A stretch of DNA of 58,160 nt, filler included, from Basidiobolus ranarum (taxonomy: Eukaryota), in assembly GCA_040143965.1 (NCBI GenBank). It is 6 parts of 6 records of this genome, joined end to end, with 100 filler letters (N's around TTAATTAATTAA, not from the genome) between each part and the next. Parts side by side here need not be neighbours in the genome. Positions count along the whole stretch, not along the records: positions 1 to 9,627 come from JASJQH010007674.1; positions 9,728 to 19,347 come from JASJQH010007675.1; 4 more parts are not named here. One strand, given 5' to 3'. The translations under genes were made by a program, and so were the position numbers. The notes below the pieces were generated by a model, which saw only the letters and a program-made list of their open reading frames with translations, searched no databases and was not told the DNA's origin. Shown here piece after piece: positions 1 to 15,294 of this stretch (its first letter is position 1; every line of letters starts with the position of its first letter).

Positions 1-173
1 CCCACTTATCTATTATATCTTATTACACAAACTCCTGAATATCTCAAACAATTGATTTACTTTTCTACTATATAAGTCACCATATACTCTTAAGAATAAA
101 CAAACTAAAACTCACTATCATAAGTTGCTTCTAATACTCAAAGTCTACCCCATTATGTCAAGATCCTCCAACA
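1..173 (+). repeat. Probable 3' part of an unrelated LTR nested in the integrase region of Copia copy A
   Basis: Similarity between copy A and copy B (8011 onward) stops abruptly at about 174. Bases 1-173 contain TATAA and AATAAA, end in ...CTCCAACA (LTR-type CA terminus) and lack CpG. Confidence 0.4.
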
Positions 174-2042
174 ATACTGTGCCAAGTTAGACTGACTTCT
201 AGTAAAACATCTATTCTTTATATATACTGCTTTAGTAACAGATATCACCCAAATACTATGAGATAATATTTGCATCTCAATCATGGATCTTGCCATTTCT
301 ATCATAGTCCCATTAGCTCTTTTGGCAACTCTATTTTGTTGAGGTGAATTGGAGGCAGTAGCTTCTTGGTTAGTTCCATCAACTTAGCAGAAGTGAGTTA
401 ATAGTGTTGAAATATATCCTCCACTATCATTAGTGTATATTTTCTTGATTTTAGTTTCTGTTTCAGTCTCCACAAGTGATGTAAAATCTCTAAAGATAGA
501 GTGAGTTTTTTTTTCCAGAAAGTGGACACAAATCTTGTTTAATCATCAATATGTTTACGTTAATATTATTTTCCACTCAAAGATAAACTTTGCATAGGTC
601 CACAAAAATATGAATGAATTAGATCCAGTTTGGTGACATATTGGATTAAACCTGAGCTCTTGAATGGTTGCCAGGCTTATTTTTCATTTACAACCCTCAC
701 AAATTTCAACTTTGGTAGAGGATAATTTGCATTGCAGAAATTAGGCAATTGTTGATCATTTTGCTCAAATAATCAAATCCAATAGGGCAAAATCTCCTAT
801 ACCAGAATTGAATAGTTTCTTGATTGCAAGAACTTATATTCACAAATAAACATCCTGGATTGTATGTAAGCTTAAGTAAGTTTCAATCCTTTTCTCCCAA
901 AGCTAAATCATACCCATTTTGATCAGTGATGGTGTATCCTTATTTACCAAAATTGAAATTTAGCCCTTCTGAGGTGGCCTTGCATATATATATTAAATTC
1001 TTGAGAATATTGGGAATATGAAGTACATACTTAATCTTCAGAGGTTCTAGTTAAATTGCCTGGAATTGTTCCCATTCAAATGGCATTCATTGTTTGGTCA
1101 TCTACTATGAAGACCATCTAATTGGGATTTCTTCATAATCCACAATTCAATGTTTTTCATTTGTGAAATATTTAGAGACTCTAGACTCAATGTACCACAC
1201 CTGAGAATCCTTGTTAGTAGTTATAGAAAGAGCATATATGAACAAGTGACCTTCAATTTTAACTATTTTTCCAGATGCAGTATGTTTTTCTTCCTATGCA
1301 ATTCCTTCAAGTCAATCTTTGCTTAAATGGCCAATTCTTTGCAGTAATCATAGAATGTGTTACCTTTCTTCTTAAAGTACTTTTGATCATTATAGGAACA
1401 TTTCTAATATTGTATTATAGCTTTTTCTTAATTCTTTTGATTGGATCCTAATTTGCATGAATCTTCATCCAGAAGTTTGCCAAATACATAATTTAAGGTT
1501 AAATCTTCAGTTATTAATTCTAGAGCCATTGTAAGCTCCAAAACCTGTGTAGCAGGCTATTCAGGACTGTAGCCCTGATATCTTGATCAGTAGTAGATAC
1601 TCCAATGCCTTCCATTTCAGACTTTAAATGAGTAACTTTATTAATCAGTGATATAATATCTTCTCCTGGCTTCATCTTTAGGATAAAGAATTATCTTCTA
1701 CAGATATCTTGTTGGCATCAGAACATGTTTGCTAGGTATCTTTTGAGGCTTTCTATATCTTCTTGGGAGTTTTGGCTCTTGAACATTGAATTAGTAATTT
1801 GTCTTTAACATTGATACAAATTGTGTTAAAGGCACTTGGTTCTTTTTTACCTTGGAGTAAAACTTTGGTTTCAAATAGTTTTGCATTGTTTTCTTCTCCT
1901 ACAACAGTGTCCCAAAGTCCTTTTTCTTGCAGCAGCATTGTCATTTTAATTTTCCAAACTTGAAAATTGGTTCCATCCAATTTTTCAGAAGAGGGAAAGT
2001 TCCCTAAACTTGAGAAGTAGACATTACAGAGAGTACAAGCTT

Positions 2043-2055
2043 GGGGCTTGTAACC
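2043..2055 (-). promoter_or_regulatory. Primer-binding site, half-tRNA(iMet) type as in copia/Ty5
   Basis: Minus strand reads GGTTACAAGCCCC directly after the LTR end, resembling the GGTTATGRGCCC PBS of copia and Ty5. The gag ATG is about 20 nt downstream at 2024. Confidence 0.6.
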
Positions 2056-2296
2056 TGCTGAAGTATTTGGGAGCCTGTTGGAAGTGGTTTGGAGAATTAG
2101 AGAAATTGGTGATTCTCACTTATTGGTTTATTGAGTATTCAGTTGACATTCATAGTTTTGCCAAGATGTAGACGAACCAACATGTAGGAAGGTCCCAGAA
2201 ACATGTGTGCAAAGTTTGGAGCTTCAAGCACAAGTTTGAAAAATCTATATATCTTCAAACTTCTAAGTAAATTCCGATATGGTTGGCTTATCAACA
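2056..2296 (-). repeat. 5' LTR of Copia copy A (241-bp short variant)
   Basis: Bounded by TGCTGA...TCAACA on +. Aligns with 5595-5942 and, inverted, with 49581-49929. Confidence 0.85.
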
Positions 2297-2946
2297 CTCT
2301 GCAGCAACTAGTTCATCCAATTTATCCAGACCTGACATAAAGTATTTGTTAAAATGTTTCTCCTCTGCCAAGCATGAACGTTTGATGTGTTGAGCAACTA
2401 AATACAAAGATCTACCAAAGTTTCTTGCTACTTGCTAAACTCTTTAGTTATCTAATCAGATTAGTAAAAGGCGCAAAGAACTATGCTTGGTTTTTGGGTT
2501 GCTATATGGATGAGATTCGGAAACTCGGAATCAGCCCAGGCCATTTTCCCCGGTGCTGAGATTTCGTAACAGTAACTAAGTCAAACTCTCATTACTAATC
2601 CTCTTACGATATATTTAGGACTGCGGAGGCATATCTATATCACTAAATAAGGAAATAGTATAGCAAACCGCTTATTGGATCATTCAATGCTTTGTAATGA
2701 TTGAGAAATTTGGTAAGTAGAATATGCACTTCGATAACACGTGTCTGAAACTATCATTTACATTGTCGGGTGGTAGAATACAAGTGGAATCCATTGAAAA
2801 TTCACTGATTCTACCATTTATGCTCCGCAAGCATGACGCATGAATCGCTGGTGAATATAAAATGCTGATTTTCACTCTGGCCTTATTACATCCACTGTTC
2901 TTCAAGTGCTACAACTTTTCTCCGTTTTCAAAATCTACTTTAATCA

Positions 2947-4448
<1,502 letters not shown>

Positions 4449-5594
4449 ACGGGGCTCTTTAAAGTTCAAATAAACCACCAATTTAATTTCTTATGCTAAT
4501 GAGTGTCTTTTATGCTTTTTACCCATATACTTTCCATTTTCTCACAAATATCGGTAATTGGATTGGCTCCATGATGTCTCAGAATCATAAACAAGATGAA
4601 CTTCCAACCCAGCTGAGAATCACCTCATTCTTGATGAAGCTGGCACAGGGTTAATAGCTATAGTAGATGTGCTGACTGAGAGAGAAAGTCACCTGACCTT
4701 GTTCTCGAGTAAAGGGAAATTCACTCCGGTTCTTCTTGGCTCAACCTGATAAGATTAGCAAAAAGGTGCCACATGAAACACTCATTCGAACTAAGCTTCA
4801 TTCAGGAAGTGGAGCATATGAAGCAACTTAATACGGAATTTATCACTTAAGGGAATCATAGTGCAATTAATTGTGTGATCCTTGAATATTACATTATTTT
4901 GGTAGAATCCGTTGCATTATGAACTTGATGTCTATTTGTAAGCCATAAGGATCTAAAATTCTAGATTCGAATCTGCGACAATGCGATATCATCATGATTA
5001 AAAGTGGCCATGGTGAAGAAACCCACATATTATTTATTAGTGCTACATTTTTAAAATGGGATTCTTTGATGAAAATAGAACCTGCAAGTACAGTGAGAAG
5101 AATAAGTTTTGTAAATTGTGTCTTGTGACATTTTAAGTGAGTTTCATCTTGGTACCATTCATTTAATGAATACTGGGAATGCATTGAAGCATCGTACTTA
5201 AATACAATTTAAAAATACTTAGGCAATTAACTTCTTCAATGCTTCTTTACTTGATGTACATCAGGTTGAAATCAAACATCATAATGTGCAAATAGTAAAT
5301 TAGATCAAATCTTCATTCGCAGTTAATCCTTATTGTTTATCTTGGTGCCTTAAGTATAAAAGTTTATAATAATTTTCCTATATTTAGAATATAATTATTA
5401 TTGAGGTATATGGTCTTTGTAATTATTGTTAGCTCCATCTTTATTCATCTAACAATAGTTTATATCAAATCCATAAGAAATAATCAATAGGTAGCAGCAA
5501 TATGATATACTAGTTATGTGCATATAGAGATATCCTCAATTAGAGCATACAGTATATAGATACAAGGCTGTCATGCTTCTACTATATGCAATAC

Positions 5595-5942
5595 TGTTAA
5601 AGTATTTGGGAGCTTGTTGGAAGTGGTTTGAAGAATCAAAGAAATTGGTGGTTTTCACTTGTTGATTGATTGAGTATTTAGTTGCAATTTATAGTTTTGT
5701 CTAGATGTAAGCAAACTAACATGTAGAATGTGTTAAGGAAGGTCCCAGAAACATGTGTGCCAAGTCCAGGGCTTCTAGCACAAGTTTGAAAAATCTATAT
5801 ATCTGAGAACTTTCAAGTTGGTAAAAATATTTCAAGTAAATTCCTTATGAGAAGAATGGATAATATCTTAGCAAAATATGAGATAACTAAGCACTAAGCT
5901 ATATATTAATATATAAGTGTTTAGGCAATGCTAATTTCAATA
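5595..5942 (-). repeat. 3' LTR of Copia copy B (about 348 bp)
   Basis: Starts TGTTAA on + and aligns with 2056-2296 and 49581-49929. It abuts a polypurine tract. Confidence 0.88.
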
Positions 5943-5954
5943 CTCTCCTTCAAC
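5943..5954 (-). promoter_or_regulatory. Polypurine tract of Copia copy B
   Basis: Minus strand GTTGAAGGAGAG immediately precedes the 3' LTR. Confidence 0.7.
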
Positions 5955-8900
5955 TAAATAGTCATATAAACTAATCCTAAGGAAGGCCTTTATTTCTCAA
6001 ATTTTGATTTAGTTAATGGTTTGGTTAATATATTGGCAATCATGTCTGCTATAGAACAATAAGTTAAATCAATAAACTATTCACTATAGTCTTGCTAATG
6101 AAGTGATATCTAATATTTATAAGTTTGCTTCTATTATGATACATATAATTTTTAGCTATTTGGTACAACTTTAATCATATTGAAATATTGTAGTTGGCAA
6201 ATTTTGAGAATAACCTAAATCTGTTGAGAGTTTTCTTAACATATTACTTCTTTTGTTGCTTCACAGGTAGGCATGTATCCTGCTTATGTTATTGAAAGAG
6301 CTATGGTAGGTTGTTTCTTAGAATTCCCAGAAATAGCTCCATTACTGCACAGAAATAGGTATCCTTTTGTGGATCTTCTGTCTTCAATAGCACTTCCCTA
6401 ATTTGCATCTGAATATCCTATCAGATCAAAGTTTGATCCAGAATATGTGTATTTTAAGCACAGATCCAAAGTACATTTCAAATACCTGAAAACCATTTAA
6501 CTGCTGTGATTTGATCAGATCTGTAATTTTGAAGGTATTGGCACACAACTCCCACAGAGTATATAGTTTTTGGCCATGTTCCTGTCATGATATATATCAA
6601 ACTACCAGCTATAGATTGATAACAAAACTTCTGGCTTTCATTTGCATCAAAGAACATCTGATTTGAGTCATGTTTGGTCAAGTTAGGATTTGTCTCCATT
6701 GGGGTAGGTACTGGGTTACATTTTTCCATTTTAAACTTCTTTAGTATATTAAGGATATACTTAGAATGGTTTAAAGCTATTGTTTTAGTAGCTCTATCCA
6801 TCCTAATTTGGATTCTAAGATAGTATATCAGTTCACTAAGATCAGTGATTTTGAATTTGGCAGATGAGCTGGATTTGGTTTTCTCCAAAGTCTATAAGTC
6901 ATTGGTAACTATAATAAGGTTATCTACATACAAGGCTAGTAGAACTGGGCCTGTCTCATCTGGCCTGAGGTACACACTTCAGTTGGCATTACTCTTGTGG
7001 AATTTGAATGTTTACAAAAAAGTATCAATCCTGCTGTTGAGAGCTCTCAGAGATTGCTTTAAGCTATAGAGTGTTTTCCAAAGTCTGCAAACCTTTTTAG
7101 GGTCTTCTGGGTCCACAAATCCATCTGTCTGGTCCATATTGATCTCCTCAGCAAGCTTACTATACAAAAAAGCAGCTTTAACATCCACTTGATGTGCAAG
7201 GAACTGATATTTAGGTGAAATTTCTAAAAACAGTCTAACTGAATTAAACTTGGATACATAAGCAAAAGTTTCATTATAATCTTTTCTTAGTATTTGAGAA
7301 TAGCCTTTGGCTACTAGTCTAGCCTTGTACCTTTCTATATTGCCATCAGAGTTGTATTTTACTTCATATACCCATTGGCAGCCAATTGATTTTCTATCAA
7401 CAGGCTAGTTGGTTAAAATCCAAATTTGCTCATATATCAAAGCCTGGTGCTTATCAGCCATTGCAGATCTCCAAGATTTTGTGTGAGGGTTATTCAAGGC
7501 CTGTTTTACAGTCTGGAATTCATGTATTTGAGCTGTGCAGGCATAGGCCCAATTTTAGGACCCATTCATATTGTAATCAAGGCTATTTCTGATCTGATTT
7601 GATATCCTGGTTTTGGATAAAGGTACTGCAACATCTAGCATTGAATTGGGCACTTCAGTAGGTATAACCTTGGTTGAAGGGTCCACAGGTATGCTATTTT
7701 CTTCATTGTTTTTGTTTGAATCAAGTTGAATGATTGGATCAGGAGAAAATTAATTTTTATCATCTTCTGAGGTAATTTTGAATGCAAATGTTGCATTTTC
7801 ATTACACAAAACATCTCTGGACTTGATTAACTTTAAAACTTTAGTAACATAGAGTCTGTATGCCTTAGTTAGAGTACAATAACCCAGCAATATGTGTTGG
7901 TTACTTTTTGGATCAAACCTAGACTGATTTTTGATCATTATTTTGAAGTAAGCACTATATCCAAAGATCCTCAAATGTATTACATCAGGTTTAACTCCAA
8001 GCCAAGCTTGATATTATGTAAAGTTAGACAGACTTCTAATAAAACTTCTATTCTTGATATATATAGCTGTAGCAACAGATTCACCCAAAAATTATGAGAT
8101 AAATTTTATGTATTTGTGATAGATCTTGCCATATCTACTATAGTCCTGTTGGCTCTTTCACCAACTCCATTTTGTTGAGGTGAATAGGATATCATAGTTT
8201 CTTGCTTAATTCCATGAACTTTGCAAAAGTGATTAAATAGTGTTGAAGTATATTCTCCACCATTATCAGTACTGTTTTCTTGATTTTAGTTGCAGTTTAA
8301 GTCTCCACAAGTGTTTTAAAGTCTCTAAGGATAGAGAGAGCTTCTTTTCTTTCCATAAAGTAGACCCAAGTGTATCTTGTATAATCATCAATAAATGTGA
8401 TTAAATATCTTTTTTCACCTAAAGATACATTTTGCACAGGTCCACACAAATCTGAACAAATTAGATCCAAATTTTTGACAGATTTGATTAAACTAGAGCT
8501 CTTGAACAGTTGCCTGGCTTATTTTCCATATTTATTACCTTCACAAATTTCCATATTGGTTAGGAGATTAATTTAAATTGCAGAAATTAGGTGATTTTTG
8601 ATCATTTTTCACAAATGATCATATCCAATATGGCCAAATCTCTTGTGACATAATTGAATAGTTGCTTGATTAGAATAACTTAGATTTACACATAAACCTC
8701 TTGGATTATTAGTAGGTTTATATATGTTCCAATACTTTTCTCCTAGAGCTAAATAAATCCCATTTTGATCAGTGATAGTGCCTCCTAACTTATCAAAATT
8801 GAATTGCAGCCCTTCTGAGATGGCCTTGCATACAGATATTAAATTCTTGGCAATATCTGGAACATATAGTACGTCCTCAAAGTATACACTCTCTCTTCAG

Positions 8901-9235
8901 AAGCTCCAGTTAAAATGACCAGAATTGTTCCCATTCCAATGGCATCCAATGTATGGTCATCTCACATGAAAACCTTTCTAGTTGGGATTTCTTCATAATG
9001 CACAAACCAATGTTTTTCATTTGTGAAATGTGGGGAGGCTCCAGAATCAATATACCATGTCTGAGAATCACTGTGGGTAGTCATAGATAGAGCAGATATG
9101 AATAAGTGATCTTTTGTTATAACCACATTTCCAGATTCAGTTTGTTTTTCTTCTTTTATAATTCTTTTAAAGCAATCTTTGCTTAAATGGCCAGTTCTTT
9201 TATAGTAATCACAGAATGTGTTATTCTTAAGCTTT

Positions 9236-9627
9236 TTTTATCACTTTTTTCTTGGACACAATGCATTTGCACATTAAATATAGAGGGTATATGAAGGTAT
9301 TTTGCAAAGTCCCAAGGATATATTACATACTTGAACTTTGGGAGTATTGGGAAAATATGGGCTGTTTGGAGGAACTTTAGAAAAGTGGCATTGTGGATAG
9401 CTTTGTGAGATAATTATTTATTGTCCAGAAATAGAGCATTTATACATTTTGATGGAAATACAGAAAACTAACACTGGGGTTGTGTTCAGAACATTTGTGG
9501 GAGTAAAATGAGCTATCTTTGGGGTAATTTGGACAAGTTTGAAATTTCCAATATGGAATTGCTAATTCTCACATTGTTCACATATATATATAATATATGT
9601 TCCAATTTTCAGCTAAGTGATATTTGA
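9236..9627. repeat. Unclassified CpG-free repeat-like sequence truncating copy B within gag
   Basis: Similarity to copy A ends just after the zinc knuckle. The following 390 bp have no CpG and no ORF. Confidence 0.3.
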
Positions 9628-9727
9628 NNNNNNNNNNNNNNNNNNNNNNNNNNNNNNNNNNNNNNNNNNNNTTAATTAATTAANNNNNNNNNNNNNNNNN
9701 NNNNNNNNNNNNNNNNNNNNNNNNNNN
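9628..9727. other. Artificial contig linker (N44-TTAATTAATTAA-N44)
   Basis: Identical 100-bp spacer with stops in all frames, present five times. Confidence 0.99.
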
Positions 9728-11872
9728 ACAGGGCCAACCAAAGCCCGTTGAGACCCATATCGAATTGGAAAGCAAGAACACCGCCAAGAGGGACGGCGAT
9801 GACATAATAGCCCATAAGGTTGAAAAATGCTCCTATGGAAGGGCGACCTTGTCCGCGTAAAATTCCTCCAGCAATATTACCAACAACATCACACATCTAT
9901 TCCAAAAAGTAGTGTTATTAAGATTCGTTCAATAAATGATTAGATTAATATCCTATGATTTAACTTACCGGACAAGCAGCATGGATTGGTGTTATAGCAG
10001 CTACCATTTGGATGACTTTGCTGTCATTAATGAATATATAAGCCCATTGATTTCTAAACATAAGTAACAGGAGGGCGTTGGATAGACCCATTACAATACT
10101 GATGTATGTGGCAGCGTGAGCAGCACGTTTAGCATGTAATGGCTGGTTTCCACCAAGGTAATGTCCAACACGAATACTAGCAGCGACGCCCCAACCTAAA
10201 AGAGACAAGGTTAGATGGACGAACGACCGAATCAGCAAATAAATGAATCCTTACCAAGTGTGATTTGATAAAGACAAGCATCAGTCGTAACCAGGACAGA
10301 TTGCGCAGCGAGAGCAGTAATTCCGAAAAATGTGGTTGCTAAAGTGACCAATTCCCATGCGCAAAACTCAGCAGAAATAACAATGATACTCGGCATAGCT
10401 GATGAAGCATTAATTTGAGTACGAGTAAACTAAAGTAAGCCTATGATATTACGATATTTAAGAATATAACCACGCATCTTACCTAAGCGAATAAAGGTGC
10501 CCCAATCTTCAAGGCACTTATGAGACCATCCTCCCCAAGCCTCACTACCATTGATATAACGGACATATCCTATGATCATCAAAAACACCAGAGTGTAAGA
10601 GATGGAGTAAGCGATGGGGGCTCCGATAAATCCAATAGCAGTAGGTGGCCAAAACACCAAAAGGTAAGTGAGCAAAAAGGTGAATGGTGTTACAATACTC
10701 AGAATGATAGTACTGGCATGCATGATTCCTATTTGTTGGAATGTATATATTAGCACAAGATCTATCATTATATATGGTTTAGTCAATAATTACCCTGTGC
10801 TTGCAAGTAACGCTTAATACTTTCAAATAGTAAAACCGGTAACATTCCAGGCCACAACCATCGAAGGTAAACAGATGCTAGCATGGCCAAATGAGGCTCT
10901 TGGCGTAAAACATGGATGAATATCCATTCAGCATTAAACCAAACAAATCCAAGAGCTCCCCATAAAGTGACCATGAACAAAATAGCGCGTTGCAGATATA
11001 CACCAATTATTGTCACATCGTGGGCACCAGTGTAAGCTTGACTACATAGTGTATCTAGTGCGGTAGCCAGACCAATCCCAGGACTGAATGCTGTTAAAGT
11101 AGAAAACATGCTGGCTAACGTGGCGGCGCCAAGCTCTGAAAAAAAGGTTACATTTTGAAACTCTACTAAAATTCAATGATATGAGATAGAAGTTACCTTC
11201 AGCGCCCATTCTACCCAATATCATTACGCCAGCTAAATTTATAATGTACTGTAATAGATATGAGGATACTAGCGGCATTGCCATCTTGACTAATTCCACT
11301 GCTTCTTCTTTAATACTAAGTAAGGGCTGAATTTTTATTTCATGAGCCGCTTCAAGATGATGATCAGCGAAACGTACTCTTCCCTCTGATCGAGTTTCTC
11401 TACCTAAATTTGAGGGCAAAGCCAATAGGCAATCCTCTTCTTGTTTACCCGCGCTTGGTAAGCGATCAGTTTCGTCTTTCTCCCAATCAACGTTGGTACC
11501 ACCATAATTTCTCCTCGTATTTATAGCCATTGGGTCATATGTGTAAATCTTTCCTTCAGCCTGAAGGGACGTGTGCTTTTGAGACATGTTGTCATTATCG
11601 GAGGGGTTTGGTTTATCATATAGTTTGGAACGTTTAGGTATTGTATGATCGACTACCAGCGAGTCTCTTTGAATTAATGGGGGTACAACCTTAGGGTTAC
11701 TTCGTAATGGGCGAGCGGCTGCTCTTGAGGTCGTAGTGCCTAATGGAGGGGCTGGCGGTGGAGCTGGGGATGACTCTCTTCTCTTGAGAACAGGGAGCCT
11801 GCCTTCGCCACGTCGAGTATGCTTTCTATGGGGAGCATTACTTTTAGAATCGGTAGTCTTTTGTGTTGACAT
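9728..11872 (-). CDS. MATE family multidrug/toxin efflux transporter (multi-exon, 3' end cut by contig edge)
   Basis: GIGLATALDTLCSQAYTG, GVYLQRA, FESIKRYLQAQG, WGGWS...WGTFIRL, AASIRVGHYLGGNQP, GILRGQGRPSIGAFFNLMGYYVIAVPLG. Long hydrophilic N-terminus. Confidence 0.93.
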
Positions 11873-12926
11873 TGTTCAGCTGTAGTAGTATTGAATAGTA
11901 GCTGTTTTGCCAATAAAGATTTCGAGCTTGATTCTCCAATAAATAAACACAGGTGTATTTATCTAGTAAAATAAAGAGGCCATTGACTCCCCACCAATGG
12001 GAACTCTTCTGCACGTTTAACTTTAAGACTCCGTGATTGGTCCATTGATTGGTAATAAGAAACCTACTTTACAAAGTATCCCAAATAGGAGCATATTCCA
12101 GAAGAACATCCCAGTCACCCTTTCCGCTTTGGGGAATATTACGCCCCTTTTGTTACAATAATTAACGTAACAATTGTGACGCTCCGACAATTTCAATCTT
12201 CGGCTTGGCAAAGAATAATATCAAGATCTTTACGACAAACAAGCAACGGATTCATTCCGCTACCATCGAGGGAGTAGACGATCGGTATTCCAGAAAATTC
12301 ACCATGGTCTTTCTTGTTGTAGTTCCAAGGGATATATTACCTTGTCAAAATGCTACGCGCTCTCTAAAGATTGCCAGGTAAGTGATGTATGCGGTCAATA
12401 GAAGCCACCAGGCGCTAATCTGGAATATACAGGAATGAAATGAATGTCTACTGCGGAATGTAGCACAGACATATTCTTTCCACAATTCTGATTCTTCTAT
12501 TCTTCTGTGCTTGACGTCAAGTTGTATTCCCATAATGGTAGTTTTTCTTTGGAAGCATTATTTGCTTTTAAGCCCGTATTCCATTAAGAAGCTCACACCA
12601 TTCAGGAATGGCCATGCCCCAGATTTTGTAAGTAACCAAAAGGGTTATTTTAAAAAGCATCGACATTCTTTTATTCATTCTATTTTCTAGAATTACAATA
12701 GAATAGCTTGTTGAGATATGCTTAAATTACCAATACTTGGCTAAGACTTATGTTATCTATTCAAAGTTAACAGACATAACTGCGTCTCTAGAGGGTTGTT
12801 CCGTTGATGGAGGCTAGTTGGCCAACATCGCTTCTACAGTCGGATGGAATGTGTATGGAATCCACTATGTCAGAATTGGTGATGATATAGGAATATCAGT
12901 TACCACCAGAGATATCAACAATAAGA

Positions 12927-15294
12927 TCACTGATTTTCTGGTAGATTATGGTCAATCGGTTCATGATGAAGCGTAGCCAATGGTTCTAACAAATTTGTAA
13001 ATAGGGTTGTGTTTGGTTTCAGAGTCTGAAACTCTTGTTCCACCTCTTTGTCGTTTACAGACTCTTCTTCTACTAGAATCATATCAGGTGGGCACAAGAT
13101 CTTGGAAGTAGAAAGCGCTCTTTCAACTTCGCCATTGGCATGAACGAAGTAAAATGGAAATTCGGAATTACCAGCATAGGTCGAGAATTCCAACTTTATG
13201 TCTACCAGGGCTTTGACCCCCGAAAAATCAATTCTATTAACGGCAGAGAGATCTAAAACAATTCCGCAAAGGGTGGGCATTCTACTTCTGTTTACCCGAT
13301 TCAACATGGCTCTTTTGCCGACATACTCTGACCAACTTTTGTGTTCTGGTTTTATGACATTGAAGGGTCGTGTATTCTCGTAGGTAACTTTTCGGAGTTT
13401 GTCTTTGAAGTATTCCGCATTGGTGAATAAGATGGACTCTTTCCATCTGAAAATAATCACTCCAGGAGGGGGTTTAAACTCCCCTATATCCAGGCGGTTT
13501 TTCACTGTTTCTTTCTCCTCAACATCGAATGTCTCCCACTTGGGGCGCGCTATACGAAGCATCATGGTTAATACCGTGAATGCCGCTGGAACAATGATCC
13601 CTATCTATTGAGTAGCAGATTATACATTTAGTTGAGTAATCTGGAATATTGCCTACCACTATCTGATGATTAACTTACCTTCATTCCAAAACATATAGTT
13701 ATCACCAAAGCCAATAAGGAGGCAATACAGTCAGTTTCTGTAAGAAACATGTAAGAATGATATGTTGGGTCGAATTGTGTTGATCTCTATAAAAAAGAGA
13801 AACCAGTTCACTTACTTTGAATTTTCCAAAATTCAAGATACACTTTGGGCCCTTTGAACGCTTCCAAAATATTCACCCCGATGATTGCGGAAATGGTCGC
13901 GTTAGGGGTGAACTTGAATGCAGGTGGTAGAACGTATGAACCACCTATCACTATCAATGCAGCAAATGTACTCATCAATGGCGTTTTAGAACCAGATTGG
14001 GAGCTTATCATTGCCCTGGTTAAGCCACTAGACGTAATATAGCCATTAAAGAATGACCCTAGAAAGTTGCTGAAACCTAGAGCGATAAACTCCTGATTAC
14101 CATCAGCAGTATATCCATTTTTCGGACCTGGAGATGAAACGATTCAAGTTAGACGTGATATCAAGGGGGGTTTTACTATGAATTAGGATAAATCCAAGAA
14201 AATTCCAATACCTAGAGTTTTACACATTCCTATGTGCTCCATTACCGCTAATAAGCTCATCACTACAACTGAAGCGAATAGTTTCGAGTAGAGCGCCAGA
14301 TCAAGCGGAGGTGATTTTGGGGGAGGTAGCCCATTTGGAATGTTATCCACTACAGTAACGGGGATTGAGCCAGTCACGATGTGCACTATGTAGAAAATAA
14401 GGGTCGCGAAAAATATCAATAAAGTATTTCGGCCCATCCCCAAGTACTTTGCCCATATGGAGCGTGCATGATATCTTTGATAAATCTGAGACATCCCAAT
14501 AAGGAAGATACTAGAGGCAATCCCAACCATAGCATCTGACACCCGTGCCTTTGGGAGAGAGCTTAGCACCGTTGCAATTTTCTCATATGGTTGTAAGTGA
14601 TGGATTTCTATCTCTATGCCTAACATCGATGGAAGCTAGAGCCTAAGATTAGTAAAACAATACGTAGGAGAAATCATATCGATCACATGGATTCTTACTT
14701 GAAGAAAGAATGTATACACGGCCGCACCGGACGTATATCCAATTATGACCGGAGCTGATATGAAACTCAACACAATTCCCAAGCGGAAAATCCCCAAGCC
14801 CATTATGATGAAACTGCTCAGAAACCCGGCTGTAATAGCAATCTCGGTAGGTGTGAAGGTATTATCCGGATAACCTGTTATTTCATTGATTGTCTGTCTG
14901 GTAAGAAGGGACCCTACTGAAGTAGGACCAATAAGAGCATCTTTTGATGTTCCAAATATCGAGTAGGCCATGGTACCAAAGGTGGAAGAGTAGAGGCCAT
15001 GTTGTACAGGGATTCCCGCTACTTGGGCAATAGCTATACTCTACAGAATGTTCGATGTTGAGTACCCTAGAATATGACTAAAGGAACACCGCGAACAAAA
15101 CCTACCTGAGGTAATACAGCGACTCCGACAGCAATCCCAGAGATAAGATCTCCGATTAACCATGATCTGTTGTATTTAGGAAGCCATTGCAGGATTGGAA
15201 CGGTATTTTTGAGTTGAGTGGCGAACTTTCGGATGGGGATCTTGGAAAGGATCTTTGAAGATTTTCTAGTACTGGAAGTGGTACTTATTGACAT
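12927..15294 (-). CDS. SulP/SLC26 sulfate or anion permease with C-terminal STAS domain (multi-exon)
   Basis: PILQWLPKYNRSWLIGDLISGIAVGVAVLPQ, GLYSSTFG...FGTSKDALIGPT, FISAPVIIGYTSGAA, NQEFIALG, STAS motif LDLSAVNRIDFSGVKAL. Confidence 0.93.

Larger units (their letters stand above)
174..2296 (-). mobile_element. Degenerate Ty1/Copia LTR retrotransposon, copy A (5' LTR, PBS, gag, zinc knuckle, protease, GAG-pre-integrase, integrase; interrupted at the left)
   Basis: Gag N-terminus KLDGTNFQVWKIKMTMLLQEKGLWD (1753-1980). Protease motif WYIES near 1190. Integrase N-S-P-Q-Q-N-R-V-A-K-R-A-N near 320-350. Many stops and frameshifts. Colinear with 8010-9220. Confidence 0.93.
5595..9235 (-). mobile_element. 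Degenerate Ty1/Copia LTR retrotransposon, copy B (3' LTR, PPT, RNase H, RT, integrase, protease, zinc knuckle; 5' end missing)
   Basis: RT motifs LALYVDNLIIV, HQVDVKAAFLY, YKARLVAKGYSQ and CNPVPTPME. RNase H region GYSDAN...DRRSTKGY. Integrase FGYSAY...KSNQHILLGY. Copia domain order. Riddled with stops. Confidence 0.95.

Noticed and set aside
9672-9683. TTAATTAATTAA palindrome recurring at about 9.7-kb intervals
   Set aside because: Always embedded in N44 flanks; a synthetic linker, not a biological repeat.
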